From the IMG/VR virus record IMGVR_UViG_3300037478_000283, positions 4,567 to 68,566 of that record: DNA of 64,000 nucleotides; one strand, 5' to 3'. Positions 47,661 to 55,775 of the stretch are shown piece by piece. Under the pieces are notes generated by a model. The model was given only the letters and a program-made list of their open reading frames with translations. It had not been told where the DNA came from and made no database searches. Position numbers and translations under genes: made by a program. The stretch comes from a virus. Its lineage: Duplodnaviria; Caudoviricetes. The stretch's first letter is position 1. The number at the start of each line of letters is the position of its first letter.

Positions 47661-48748
47661 TCGAGACGAAGGTTTCGACGTCGGTCCGAGCGCGCCAAGT
47701 CGAGGCGTTGTTTGACGTACCAAGACAGGAGAAGTGCCGGCTTGAATGGAAGGGCGACGTGCCGATCGACGAGCGCCAGTGGAACGTCGGCCTGATCGTG
47801 GGACCGAGCGGATCGGGCAAGAGCTCGATCGCCCGGCACCTGTTCCCGGAGCAATACGCTGCCGAGCTCGAATGGAACGCTCCGTCGGTCATCGACGATT
47901 TTCGCGGTGACCTCGGCATCGACGCGATCTCGTCTGCGCTCTCCAGCGTCGGGTTCAACACGATCCCGGCGTGGCTCCGCCCGTACGCGGTGCTTTCGAC
48001 CGGCGAGCGGTTCCGGGTCGAGGTCGCGCGACGCGTGCTCGAGCTCCCTGATCCTGTAGTGATCGACGAGTTCACCTCCGTCGTGGATCGGCAGGTTGCC
48101 CAGATCGGCTCCCATGCGATCCAAAAGTTCGTCCGACGCAACAACCGGAAGCTCGTTGCTGTCGGGTGCCACTTCGATGTGATCGACTGGCTTCAGCCAG
48201 ACTGGATCCTCGAGCCGGCGACCATGAGCTTTCAATGGAGGTCGGTTCAACGAAGGCCAACGCTCGACATCGAGGTGGCAAAGGTCACGTATGACGCCTG
48301 GCGCCTTTTCGCTCCGTTCCACTATCTGACCGCCGATCTTAATCAATCGGCTCAGTGTTTCTGCACGTTTGTCGGAGGCCGACCCGCGGCATTCATCTCC
48401 GTCATTCACTTCCCCCATCCGAAGGTTCGCGACATCAAACGCGTCCCGAGACTCGTGACTCTGCCGGACTGGCAGGGTCTGGGCCTCGCGCCGCACCTGT
48501 CCGACACGATGGGCAGTGCCTACAAGGCGATCGGGTACCGCCTGCGGACGTACCCGGCCCACCCCGCGCTCGTGATGACATTCCGCAAGTCGCCGCACTG
48601 GAGACAGGTCAAGGAGGCGGGGACGTTCCAGGGACTTCGAGGCAACTCGGCCAAGTGCAATATCGGAACCCAACGCCCATGCGCCACGTTCGAATACTGC
48701 GGGCCGGCTATGGACCGAGTCGACGCTCGACGTCTGGTGGGAGTCTGA
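47639..48748 (+). CDS. ABC-type ATPase fused to GNAT-fold acyltransferase
   Basis: GPSGSGKSS, signature LSTGERFR, VVIDEFTS, H-loop VGCH; then RLVTLPDWQGLGLA acyl-CoA motif A. Confidence 0.88.
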   Translation: MPLAHLVVETKVSTSVRARQVEALFDVPRQEKCRLEWKGDVPIDERQWNVGLIVGPSGSGKSSIARHLFPEQYAAELEWNAPSVIDDFRGDLGIDAISSALSSVGFNTIPAWLRPYAVLSTGERFRVEVARRVLELPDPVVIDEFTSVVDRQVAQIGSHAIQKFVRRNNRKLVAVGCHFDVIDWLQPDWILEPATMSFQWRSVQRRPTLDIEVAKVTYDAWRLFAPFHYLTADLNQSAQCFCTFVGGRPAAFISVIHFPHPKVRDIKRVPRLVTLPDWQGLGLAPHLSDTMGSAYKAIGYRLRTYPAHPALVMTFRKSPHWRQVKEAGTFQGLRGNSAKCNIGTQRPCATFEYCGPAMDRVDARRLVGV

Positions 48749-49094
48749 ACAGGCGCAGTCGTCCCGGACACGGCACAGGTTCGCAAGGTCGAGGCTCATC
48801 CAGGAGCCAACCGATGGGGCCCATGAACCATCGGCTGCTGGCCTCCGTGACGGACCCCAACACGCGCACGCTGCCGATAACGGCGCCGCGGATGTACCCG
48901 TCTGGCTCAGGCATGACTAAACCGAGACCCCTCGCGAACCTGATGCCGTCGCGATCGACCCGGAGCGACGCATGGATCCATATCCGCTCACCAATGATGG
49001 CAGGCGGAGGTTGCCAGCTTCGATTCTCGATGGGCTTGCAACCCATTACAACGAGCCAAGCCCACGGTTGTCTGAGGCTGAGTGCTAGCATCAC
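48708..49094 (-). CDS. ASCH domain protein
   Basis: ALSLRQPWAWLVVMGCKPIENRSW...IWIHAS...GAVIGSV...W.L..P. Confidence 0.92.
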   Translation of the reverse strand: MMLALSLRQPWAWLVVMGCKPIENRSWQPPPAIIGERIWIHASLRVDRDGIRFARGLGLVMPEPDGYIRGAVIGSVRVLGSVTEASSRWFMGPIGWLLDEPRPCEPVPCPGRLRLFRLPPDVERRLGP

Positions 49095-49435
49095 GGCACC
49101 ACCATGATGGGCCAGCGACGTCGCATCTCGAGTAAAGTAGCACTCAAGACGAGTTCTCGCTTATTGGCGCCAGTTCGAACTGGCACACCGCGCTCCTGTA
49201 GCAGCTCGATCAGTAGCTGCTTCGGCATTGCCTTGGCCGTTTTTTCGATCTCTTCCATATCGCGTCGCGATGCATCCCGATCCTCCTGCTCAAGCCAGTC
49301 TGTCGCCGGAGGTAAGAACGACGCACGGACCTCACTGAACGTCGTGCCCGGATCGGGCTTCACCTGCCTCCCGCACGCGCCGGCCCCGTAGCAGGGTGCG
49401 TAGTATCGGCGGTGAATGTAGCGAGTCTCGTTCAT
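49091..49435 (-). CDS. hypothetical protein
   Basis: AAAGGAG RBS; C-terminal SAP-like KQLLIELLQERGVPVRTGANKRELV. Confidence 0.6.
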   Translation of the reverse strand: MNETRYIHRRYYAPCYGAGACGRQVKPDPGTTFSEVRASFLPPATDWLEQEDRDASRRDMEEIEKTAKAMPKQLLIELLQERGVPVRTGANKRELVLSATLLEMRRRWPIMVVP

Positions 49436-49557
49436 TGTTCGGTCTCCTTTCGTGGTGCGCGTAGCTGTTGTCGACGTTGGTACAGGGCTCGTTCGGACGT
49501 AAGTACGCGCTCGAGCTCGGCGCGGTCCATGTTAGTCGCGGTCTGTTCGGGTTTCAT
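49432..49557 (-). CDS. 41-aa hypothetical protein
   Basis: GAGG RBS, ATGA overlap. Confidence 0.4.
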   Translation of the reverse strand: MKPEQTATNMDRAELERVLTSERALYQRRQQLRAPRKETEQ

Positions 49558-49586
49558 GATTCAGTTCCTCAAGAGCGCTGGGGTGC

Positions 49587-50207
49587 TTACAATCGCATCG
49601 GCATCACAACGTAGGTCCACTCACACGAAAAATCGCCCGCGTCGGCCTTGATCACGACGGGATCGAGCGCGCCTCCTATGTAGAGCGCGATCGTGCCGAC
49701 CTTACGATCGCATGCGTCCGCCAGCTTGGCGACGTGTGCGAGATAGTGGCCGTTTAGGCCGATTTTTGCCGCTGGGTTACCGTGCGGCGTTTTGGGGACC
49801 ACTTGCCACCATGGCGGAAAGTGGTTTGCCGAGAGCACAACGTTCGTGGCCGCGAGCTCGCGGCCGTGCTTGTCGATCACTCGCACGTGGGCGCTCTCAC
49901 AATTCGGCCGTATCGCAATCGTGTGATTCGACCGCGCCATTTTTAGCACGTTCGCCAGCGTCGCCGCGGGGACCTTTTTCGCGCCTACGTCGGCCGATGG
50001 GCTGGCCGACTTGCAAGCGAGTAAGCGGTGGCCGTCGGTCGCGACCGCGGTGCCCCGTTCGGAATCGAGTAGAATTTGCGTCAGATTCACGCGGCTATCG
50101 TCGCGGCTCGCACACTCGAGTAAGGCGGCTAATTCGGCGCGGGTGAACGTCCATTCGTTTTCTTGGGTTCCAGACGGGTGCTCGCAGTCGATCACTTCGA
50201 TTTTCAT
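49587..50207 (-). CDS. truncated DNA polymerase III beta-clamp-like protein
   Basis: ASRDDSRVNL...VATDGHRL...FPPWWQVVP...IGLNGHYL...YVVMPMRL; 206 aa, no domain I. Confidence 0.85.
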   Translation of the reverse strand: MKIEVIDCEHPSGTQENEWTFTRAELAALLECASRDDSRVNLTQILLDSERGTAVATDGHRLLACKSASPSADVGAKKVPAATLANVLKMARSNHTIAIRPNCESAHVRVIDKHGRELAATNVVLSANHFPPWWQVVPKTPHGNPAAKIGLNGHYLAHVAKLADACDRKVGTIALYIGGALDPVVIKADAGDFSCEWTYVVMPMRL

Positions 50208-50248
50208 GGCTGTTTCTCCTTTGTTCGATCCGGGATTCGGACATATAC

Positions 50249-50276
50249 ATCATAACACGCCGCAGCACACGATCAA
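50249..50276 (-). promoter_or_regulatory. sigma70-like promoter (leftward)
   Basis: TTGATC-16 nt-TATGAT with extended -10 TG. Confidence 0.65.
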
Positions 50277-50328
50277 GGAGAATCCCAACGATCTCGCCAC
50301 TTTTCCTGCGATACGCGCATCCCACAGA

Positions 50329-50360
50329 TGCACGCGTGCTGCGCACGTTGCACGCGTGCA
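50329..50360. promoter_or_regulatory. double palindromic operator TGCACGCGTGC(A)
   Basis: Copies at 50329-50339 and 50349-50360, 20 bp apart; second overlaps the -35 of the RHH gene. Confidence 0.65.
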
Positions 50361-50376
50361 TCAACGTATATATGAT
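50348..50376 (+). promoter_or_regulatory. sigma70-like promoter of RHH gene (leaderless)
   Basis: TTGCAC-17 nt-TATGAT; ATG 50383 at predicted +1; no SD. Confidence 0.65.
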
Positions 50377-50382
50377 GACGGT

Positions 50383-50586
50383 ATGACTCGCGAAACACGC
50401 ACAGGGCACCTCGTATTGCGCATTCCGCATGATCTAAAAGAGAGGCTCGTGGAATGCGCAGAAGCATTGACCGCGCAGACTCCTGGACGCGTGACCCTCA
50501 CGGACTTGATGCTGGAAGGCGCGGAACTCGTGCTCGCAAAGTACGCGCTGCAAACGCGCAAACCTCGCAAGAAAAAAACCGGTTGA
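50383..50586 (+). CDS. ribbon-helix-helix transcriptional regulator
   Basis: HLVLRIPHDLKERLVECAEAL...TLTDLMLEG. Confidence 0.75.
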   Translation: MTRETRTGHLVLRIPHDLKERLVECAEALTAQTPGRVTLTDLMLEGAELVLAKYALQTRKPRKKKTG

Positions 50587-50601
50587 CGTGTCGAACTCCT
50601 C

Positions 50602-50629
50602 TTGCGTACGTGCTACGTCGTGTTACTAT
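50602..50629 (+). promoter_or_regulatory. sigma70-like early promoter (leaderless)
   Basis: TTGCGT-16 nt-TACTAT with extended TG; ATG 50636 at predicted +1. Confidence 0.65.
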
Positions 50630-50635
50630 GTATAT

Positions 50636-51073
50636 ATGAACACGCCACCCACCGCCGCGCCGACCCTGGACACCCTCCGCGAGAAAATGCGGCCGACGCT
50701 GACCCGGCTCGGCTGGTCGTGGTCACAGGTGCGGGCTGCTGGACCAACGCAGCTACTCGCAGCCGCCCACTCGCTGCTCGAGAGCGACCGCCGGACAGTC
50801 GGCTCAGACCTCGACGCGGAATGGGACAGCGCGATGCAGGAGCGCCACGGCGACCGACCTCGGACCGAGCGAGAGCGTCGACTCCCCACGCGGTGGGGCT
50901 GGTACTACGCGGCACGCGAGCTCGTGCAGGGCCGGCGCGTCGAGGCGGGCCGCCCGGGCACCGCGGACCACGACACTGGGATCGTCCACACGATCGTCGG
51001 AGACACACTGCACGTCGCGTGGGACTCCGGAGTCTCCACGACGATCACGGCGCGAGACGCCCGCGTAATCTGA
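50636..51073 (+). CDS. hypothetical early protein
   Basis: ATG 50636; C-terminal SH3-like GRRVEAG....DTGIVHTIVGDTLHVAWDSG. Confidence 0.65.
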   Translation: MNTPPTAAPTLDTLREKMRPTLTRLGWSWSQVRAAGPTQLLAAAHSLLESDRRTVGSDLDAEWDSAMQERHGDRPRTERERRLPTRWGWYYAARELVQGRRVEAGRPGTADHDTGIVHTIVGDTLHVAWDSGVSTTITARDARVI

Positions 51074-51085
51074 CCCCCTCACCCC

Positions 51086-51348
51086 CCACCCCACGGAGAA
51101 CGAGCCATGCGCCACACGATCCACGTCTACCCGACCAACTCGCCCGCTGCAGTCGTCCACGGTCACGACTACGTGCACGGGACGATCGACCAATCGGCGA
51201 CGCTCCTAGTCGATCGTGTCGCCAACGGCGAGGCATTCGAGGGCGAGCGGCGCATTCGCCTGCCACGGCGGTTCGATCGGCTCGGCGCCGAACAGATCCG
51301 GTACCTATTACATGTGTGACCCCACCACCCCACGGAGAACGAGCCATG
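51086..51348 (+). repeat. 24-bp direct repeat CCACCCCACGGAGAACGAGCCATG at 51086-51109 and 51325-51348
   Basis: Exact repeat containing SD and start codon of two consecutive genes. Confidence 0.9.
51107..51319 (+). CDS. hypothetical protein
   Basis: GGAG RBS within repeat. Confidence 0.65.
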   Translation: MRHTIHVYPTNSPAAVVHGHDYVHGTIDQSATLLVDRVANGEAFEGERRIRLPRRFDRLGAEQIRYLLHV

Positions 51349-51705
51349 AAAGCCAAAATCGCCAGCCTCCTCGCCGACCCTCGCATCGCAGCACACCACG
51401 ACGGCTCCGACAGTCTCGGGGTGATCGTACGACAGGCCGTCGACGATGATCCTGACTGCACTGTCGACGACGTGCTCGCGATCATCTGCGAGGCGGAGGC
51501 AGAGACCATGGGCGAGCGTGTCCAATCGATCGTCACTGAACTACGCGAGGTCGTCCCCGACGAGACGATGCAAGCGTACGTCGACGACCAGAGCGGCAAC
51601 GACTCGCTCGACCAATACCGATCGATCGTCAAGACGAGACTCGGCGGTGACTACAGCGACGACGCGTGGGGCGACGCGTGCGACATGTTACGCGGAGACG
51701 GATAG
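51346..51705 (+). CDS. acidic hypothetical protein
   Basis: GGAG RBS within repeat. Confidence 0.7.
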   Translation: MKAKIASLLADPRIAAHHDGSDSLGVIVRQAVDDDPDCTVDDVLAIICEAEAETMGERVQSIVTELREVVPDETMQAYVDDQSGNDSLDQYRSIVKTRLGGDYSDDAWGDACDMLRGDG

Positions 51706-51824
51706 CCTGACCCCACCGGCCCTACTCGGGCCAGCGCTGCACACCCTGCGGCGCCGGCCCGGGCTGAACCGGGAACGATCCTCGCTTCGATGCCGACAGG
51801 CGATTCACCGAAAGGATCGAAACA

Positions 51825-52133
51825 ATGACCACCACCAAAAGCAAAACCGAACTCGTGCCCGTCCCCCGCTACGTACGAACTGACCCGATCGACGATACAA
51901 GCGAGATCCTGACTCTCGTGCAGATCGACGGGCGCGACGGCTACTACGTCGAGATCTGCTCGGGCCCGAAGCCTGGCGACGACTTCGTGGGGCTCTTCGA
52001 TCTCGACGACGGCTCACTGATCGACCTCGGTAACTGCACGTGGGAGCGGGTCAGGAAGGCGCCCAAGGAGATCGCGGACGCGCTGCTCGACTGGGAGACC
52101 GGCACCTACCAGCTCACGGCGTTGCCGGAGTGA
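51825..52133 (+). CDS. hypothetical protein
   Basis: AAAGGA RBS. Confidence 0.65.
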   Translation: MTTTKSKTELVPVPRYVRTDPIDDTSEILTLVQIDGRDGYYVEICSGPKPGDDFVGLFDLDDGSLIDLGNCTWERVRKAPKEIADALLDWETGTYQLTALPE

Positions 52134-52138
52134 CCAGC

Positions 52139-52351
52139 ATGAGCGATTATCCTGAAAACTACGCCTCCTGGACCAGCTCAGGTCGACTCAGAAAACTACT
52201 GCAAGATCTCCGCGACCGTGGCGGTGGATCGATCGCGTGTCGTCCGGATCAGGCCGTGGAGCTCGTCCGCGCCATCGAAGAGCTCGGAGGCACAGCGGTC
52301 TGTATCGTCGGTGCCGATTGGGGAAAGTCACGACCGCCCCGCTATGGCTAA
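52139..52351 (+). CDS. hypothetical protein
   Basis: GGAG RBS. Confidence 0.55.
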   Translation: MSDYPENYASWTSSGRLRKLLQDLRDRGGGSIACRPDQAVELVRAIEELGGTAVCIVGADWGKSRPPRYG

Positions 52352-52376
52352 ACGCCCCGCACAGGAGAACCCAGCA

Positions 52377-52580
52377 ATGAACGTCTACACGCAGACCGAC
52401 GAGCAACTCGCCGAGCTCAACTCACGCATCGTGGGACTCCGGGCAAGATTGAACAAAGCTCACGTGGGTGGGCAACTCGAACTCCACGTCGGTCTCCTCG
52501 ACATGGAGCTCCTGGTGTGGCTCGCAGAGCAAACGGTGGCAGCCCTGGCGCAAGTGAAAGAGGCCCGTCGTGGATCCTGA
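52377..52580 (+). CDS. hypothetical protein
   Basis: AGGAG RBS. Confidence 0.55.
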   Translation: MNVYTQTDEQLAELNSRIVGLRARLNKAHVGGQLELHVGLLDMELLVWLAEQTVAALAQVKEARRGS

Positions 52581-52818
52581 CCAACTACTCCGCTCTCTCC
52601 CGCCCTGCCCGCTCTGCGGCAGCAGACCCGCGCTCAGGCACGTCTACCCGCCGATCCCGATCCGCACCAACGATTGGGCGATCCACTGCTCCGAGCACTG
52701 CGGCGAAGACCACACGTTCGCCGCGTACGGGGAGACGCCGGAGCTTGCCGCGGAGGAGTGGCGGAGCTACGTGGCGGATGAGCTGGACTGCGAAATGTCG
52801 GAGGTGACCGGTGCATAG
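52570..52818 (+). CDS. Lar-like (restriction alleviation family) zinc finger protein
   Basis: LPPCPLCGS...IHCSEHCG...TPELAAEEW. Confidence 0.6.
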   Translation: MDPDQLLRSLPPCPLCGSRPALRHVYPPIPIRTNDWAIHCSEHCGEDHTFAAYGETPELAAEEWRSYVADELDCEMSEVTGA

Positions 52819-53125
52819 TGACTCGCTTGAGCGGTACTGGACCCGCGCATTCGACTACGCGACGATGCGCCAGCTGATCCGATACGAAACCAATGATCCG
52901 ACGACGGTAAAGTTGACGGAGTGGCTCGAGGTCGTGCCGGAGGTGTACCGCGAACGCGTGCTAGAGATCCTCAATTCGCTCACCGTTGAGTTCATCTATG
53001 GGGGTCCGCGTCGATTCGCGACGCAAAGCACCTTGGATGATTTCGTCCATACCCTGCACGACAAGATCTGGCGCGAGTTATGGCCAGAAAGCGTCGAGCC
53101 AGCGGAGGTGACCCGTGGAGCGTAA
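52811..53125 (+). CDS. hypothetical protein
   Basis: GGAGG RBS in cassette-junction repeat. Confidence 0.6.
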   Translation: MHSDSLERYWTRAFDYATMRQLIRYETNDPTTVKLTEWLEVVPEVYRERVLEILNSLTVEFIYGGPRRFATQSTLDDFVHTLHDKIWRELWPESVEPAEVTRGA

Positions 53126-53312
53126 CATCTGCCCAGCGCCGCACACCGACATGCACTCCTGGCACGTCATGAAGTTGATATGGGTTGACGCGGCCGGACT
53201 TCGAAAGCTGTGGCGCTGCATCGGCTGTGGCTACGACGAGCTAACAGTCGGCATCAACAATGTCGTTGTAAAAACGAGCCTACGTAGAGAGGACGTGCAC
53301 CGTGGATCCTGA
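53115..53312 (+). CDS. small zinc-binding protein
   Basis: C...H...H...WRCIGCG. Confidence 0.55.
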   Translation: MERNICPAPHTDMHSWHVMKLIWVDAAGLRKLWRCIGCGYDELTVGINNVVVKTSLRREDVHRGS

Positions 53313-53424
53313 CCAGCTCCTCCGCGAGTTGGACGCGATCGAGTACCACGAGCGCAGCATGGCGGAAACTCGCCCACGACAACACGGAAGGTTGGTGAGC
53401 TGCCATGATCATCCGCATCGGTAA
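53302..53424 (+). CDS. 40-aa protein sharing N-terminus MDPDQLLR with 52570 gene
   Basis: 24-bp near-identity of starts (52570-52593 vs 53302-53325). Confidence 0.4.
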   Translation: MDPDQLLRELDAIEYHERSMAETRPRQHGRLVSCHDHPHR

Positions 53425-53719
53425 ACGCAACGTCGACGTCGCTCGGCGCGACTGTGCGCAGCGATCATGCTTTCAACTCGGTTTTGACAAAGGATCCTAT
53501 ACGCCCGGACGCGGATACACGAGCTACTATCGCGACGCGAAGGGGCACACGATCGAAAAGCCGGTGTGCATGACCCGGCATCTCCACGGATGCCCGATCA
53601 ACAGCGTTTGCCCCGAGTGCCGCACTTGCTCGGTGCTGGCACCGGGAGATGCATGTGAGCACTATGGCTGCAGTGGCACAACGGTCGACTACGAGCCTGC
53701 GGAGGTGACCCGTGGATAG
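53405..53719 (+). CDS. Cys/His-rich hypothetical protein
   Basis: C..RSC, CMTRHLHGCP, CPEC, C..YGC. Confidence 0.6.
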   Translation: MIIRIGKRNVDVARRDCAQRSCFQLGFDKGSYTPGRGYTSYYRDAKGHTIEKPVCMTRHLHGCPINSVCPECRTCSVLAPGDACEHYGCSGTTVDYEPAEVTRG

Positions 53720-53924
53720 CCTCGAGCCGATCGACGTCCCATGCACCGACTGCGGCGCCGAGCCGGGCATGCCGTGCTGGTGGAGCGACATCGAGTCGCA
53801 CAGTGACGACTGCCACTACCAGCGGCAGTTTCTCTGCCGCAAAACCGTCGAGGCAGCAAAGGCACTGCACGACGCGTTCTTCGGTCCCGATGCGGACTAT
53901 CCGGAGAGAGACAAACGTCGATGA
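53712..53924 (+). CDS. small zinc finger protein
   Basis: VPCTDCGAEPGMPC...HYQR. Confidence 0.6.
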   Translation: MDSLEPIDVPCTDCGAEPGMPCWWSDIESHSDDCHYQRQFLCRKTVEAAKALHDAFFGPDADYPERDKRR

Positions 53925-54466
53925 ATCCCGTCCCGCAAGACAGTCCCATCCGACAGGACGCGCGGAAACGCCCGACCCTAGACACGCCAAACCCCGTAGC
54001 CCTATCGAGCCCGGGGTTCCAAGGCGCCCGCGTTGGTACCACGAGCGCGACGGCGACCGGCAAAAACGAAGCAGTCGCACCCGCATGATAGCGACGGCAT
54101 GGCGGTTTGCAAACGACTACTTGACTTGCCTCGGAGAATCCATTACGAGTATTGAACATGGGCGTTGGTACCGCCTAAGAAAGCAGAGACGCATGACCAC
54201 GCACGACACGAGACGCCGCCGACCGCCGGGCCGCCACTGCACGCCTGTCACTGAAACAGGACAGGAAAGCGCCGGATTCTGCATCCTAGACCATGATATC
54301 CATTCACACGGGCAGGTAGACATATCGCCGGTTATCGGCACGGGCACGCGTCGCTGTTCGTTTTTTTTCAAGTCGAAATATCCATTATCGGCACGCCGGC
54401 CGGCCGGAATCCTCTGTACAAACGACCACTTCCGCGACCCGAGGGGCGCAGTAAGGGACAGGGACG

Positions 54467-54727
54467 ATGCGGGATCTGAGCGAGAAGGACTGGCGCGATT
54501 TGGCACGGAGGCACTTGCGCAACCGACGGGCGTGCTCCTTGGCGCACCAGATCTCCGACTGGACGATGCACGTGGCGGCCAAGAGGATCGAACTGGAGAC
54601 CGTGCTGATGATTCGCGATCGACTGATCGACGAGTTCCTCGCCTGCACGCCCCCTGCCCTGCCGGATCCGCCATTGGATCGGGTGGCACCCGCCGAAGTG
54701 ACGCACAAGAAGATCGCGAGCCGCTGA
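54467..54727 (+). CDS. hypothetical protein
   Basis: AGGGA RBS; first gene after intergenic region. Confidence 0.55.
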   Translation: MRDLSEKDWRDLARRHLRNRRACSLAHQISDWTMHVAAKRIELETVLMIRDRLIDEFLACTPPALPDPPLDRVAPAEVTHKKIASR

Positions 54728-54749
54728 GCCGGGGGACGGGGGGTCGGTC

Positions 54750-55001
54750 ATGATTGACCGCCTCCTACTCACCGCTCACTGCCCGGTCTGCGGAGCCGAT
54801 GCCGACGATCTCGCCGGCGACCGGGCCCAGGTCGCCCAAGCGCTCGACTCCGCGGTGCAGTCGCTCGCCGGAATCGTTACGCGGATCGAATCGTCGCTCG
54901 TCGTCTGGAGGACCGAGCGCCACGACGCTGCGGAGGCGCTGCGGGAGGTCGGTCACCTTCTCCAGGTTCTGCGCAGCCGTCTGGCAGGAGAAGTGGAGTG
55001 A
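54750..55001 (+). CDS. hypothetical protein
   Basis: HCPVCG then coiled coil. Confidence 0.6.
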   Translation: MIDRLLLTAHCPVCGADADDLAGDRAQVAQALDSAVQSLAGIVTRIESSLVVWRTERHDAAEALREVGHLLQVLRSRLAGEVE

Positions 55002-55318
55002 TGTTCTACCAATCGCATGACTGCGAGCTGATCGACTACGACGCCGATGGATGGGTGCAGATATCGTGGGTTCTCACTCGAACCTGGAGTGAGGACGGCG
55101 ACACGGTGCACGTCACCGCGACTGTCGAGACCGAACACGAGCGCGGAGAGCTACTTCGGCTGCGCTGCATAATGATCGACAAGACGGCAGCATCGACACG
55201 ACGACGACTCGCCGCCGACGAATACGCGGACCTGTGCAGCGATGCAGAGTCCGACGTGAGAGCTCTCTGTGAAGCGGAGCGTGAGCGAGCTGCGGAACAG
55301 GAAGGTGCAGCATGCTGA
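54998..55318 (+). CDS. hypothetical protein
   Basis: GTGA overlap. Confidence 0.55.
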   Translation: MMFYQSHDCELIDYDADGWVQISWVLTRTWSEDGDTVHVTATVETEHERGELLRLRCIMIDKTAASTRRRLAADEYADLCSDAESDVRALCEAERERAAEQEGAAC

Positions 55319-55560
55319 GGTGGTGTCCCAACGACGGGAACCCTGGCCGTTGGCAATGCGACGGCCGAGGGATCCATGCCGGCGATGGCATGGAACTCCG
55401 CTTGCCGGATGGCTCATGGCTGCCGGTCCGGATAGAGTCGCACAACAGCGGTCGAGAGCTGACCGCCTACGCGTCGATCAAGGGTCGCCCGTTCGCGTCA
55501 CGGATCAACCCCGATCATGACGAACTGCGCTGGCCGGCGGAACGGAGGCGAGCGTCATGA
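55312..55560 (+). CDS. DUF5348-like protein
   Basis: GRWQCDGRGIHAGDGMELRLPDGSWLPVRIE. Confidence 0.65.
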   Translation: MLRWCPNDGNPGRWQCDGRGIHAGDGMELRLPDGSWLPVRIESHNSGRELTAYASIKGRPFASRINPDHDELRWPAERRRAS

Positions 55561-55775
55561 TTTGGATCGCCATACCGTGGCTTCTCGCCGGCATCCTGGC
55601 GATCTTCCTTACCCTTACCGCGCTTGCACTCCGAGCCGAACGAGACAAAACATCGGCGATCATAGGCGAGCTGATGCACGCCGCAAATGAAGCGGCTCGC
55701 GCTCGCGGAGCCATTCTGCGACTGCAACGGATTCAGAGCCGGTACTCGGAAAGGCGGATGAGCGATGTCAACTGA
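55557..55775 (+). CDS. membrane-anchored small protein
   Basis: N-terminal TM. Confidence 0.65.
   Translation: MIWIAIPWLLAGILAIFLTLTALALRAERDKTSAIIGELMHAANEAARARGAILRLQRIQSRYSERRMSDVN

Larger units (their letters stand above)
53095..53716 (+). repeat. 25-bp junction repeat CGAGCC(A/T)GCGGAGGTGACCCGTGGA at 53095-53119 and 53692-53716
   Basis: One mismatch; partial third copy at 52799-52813; each holds SD plus GTG start. Confidence 0.85.

Noticed and set aside
53803-54753. 316-aa + strand ORF
   Set aside because: Overlaps two better-supported genes, low-information composition; no motif support.
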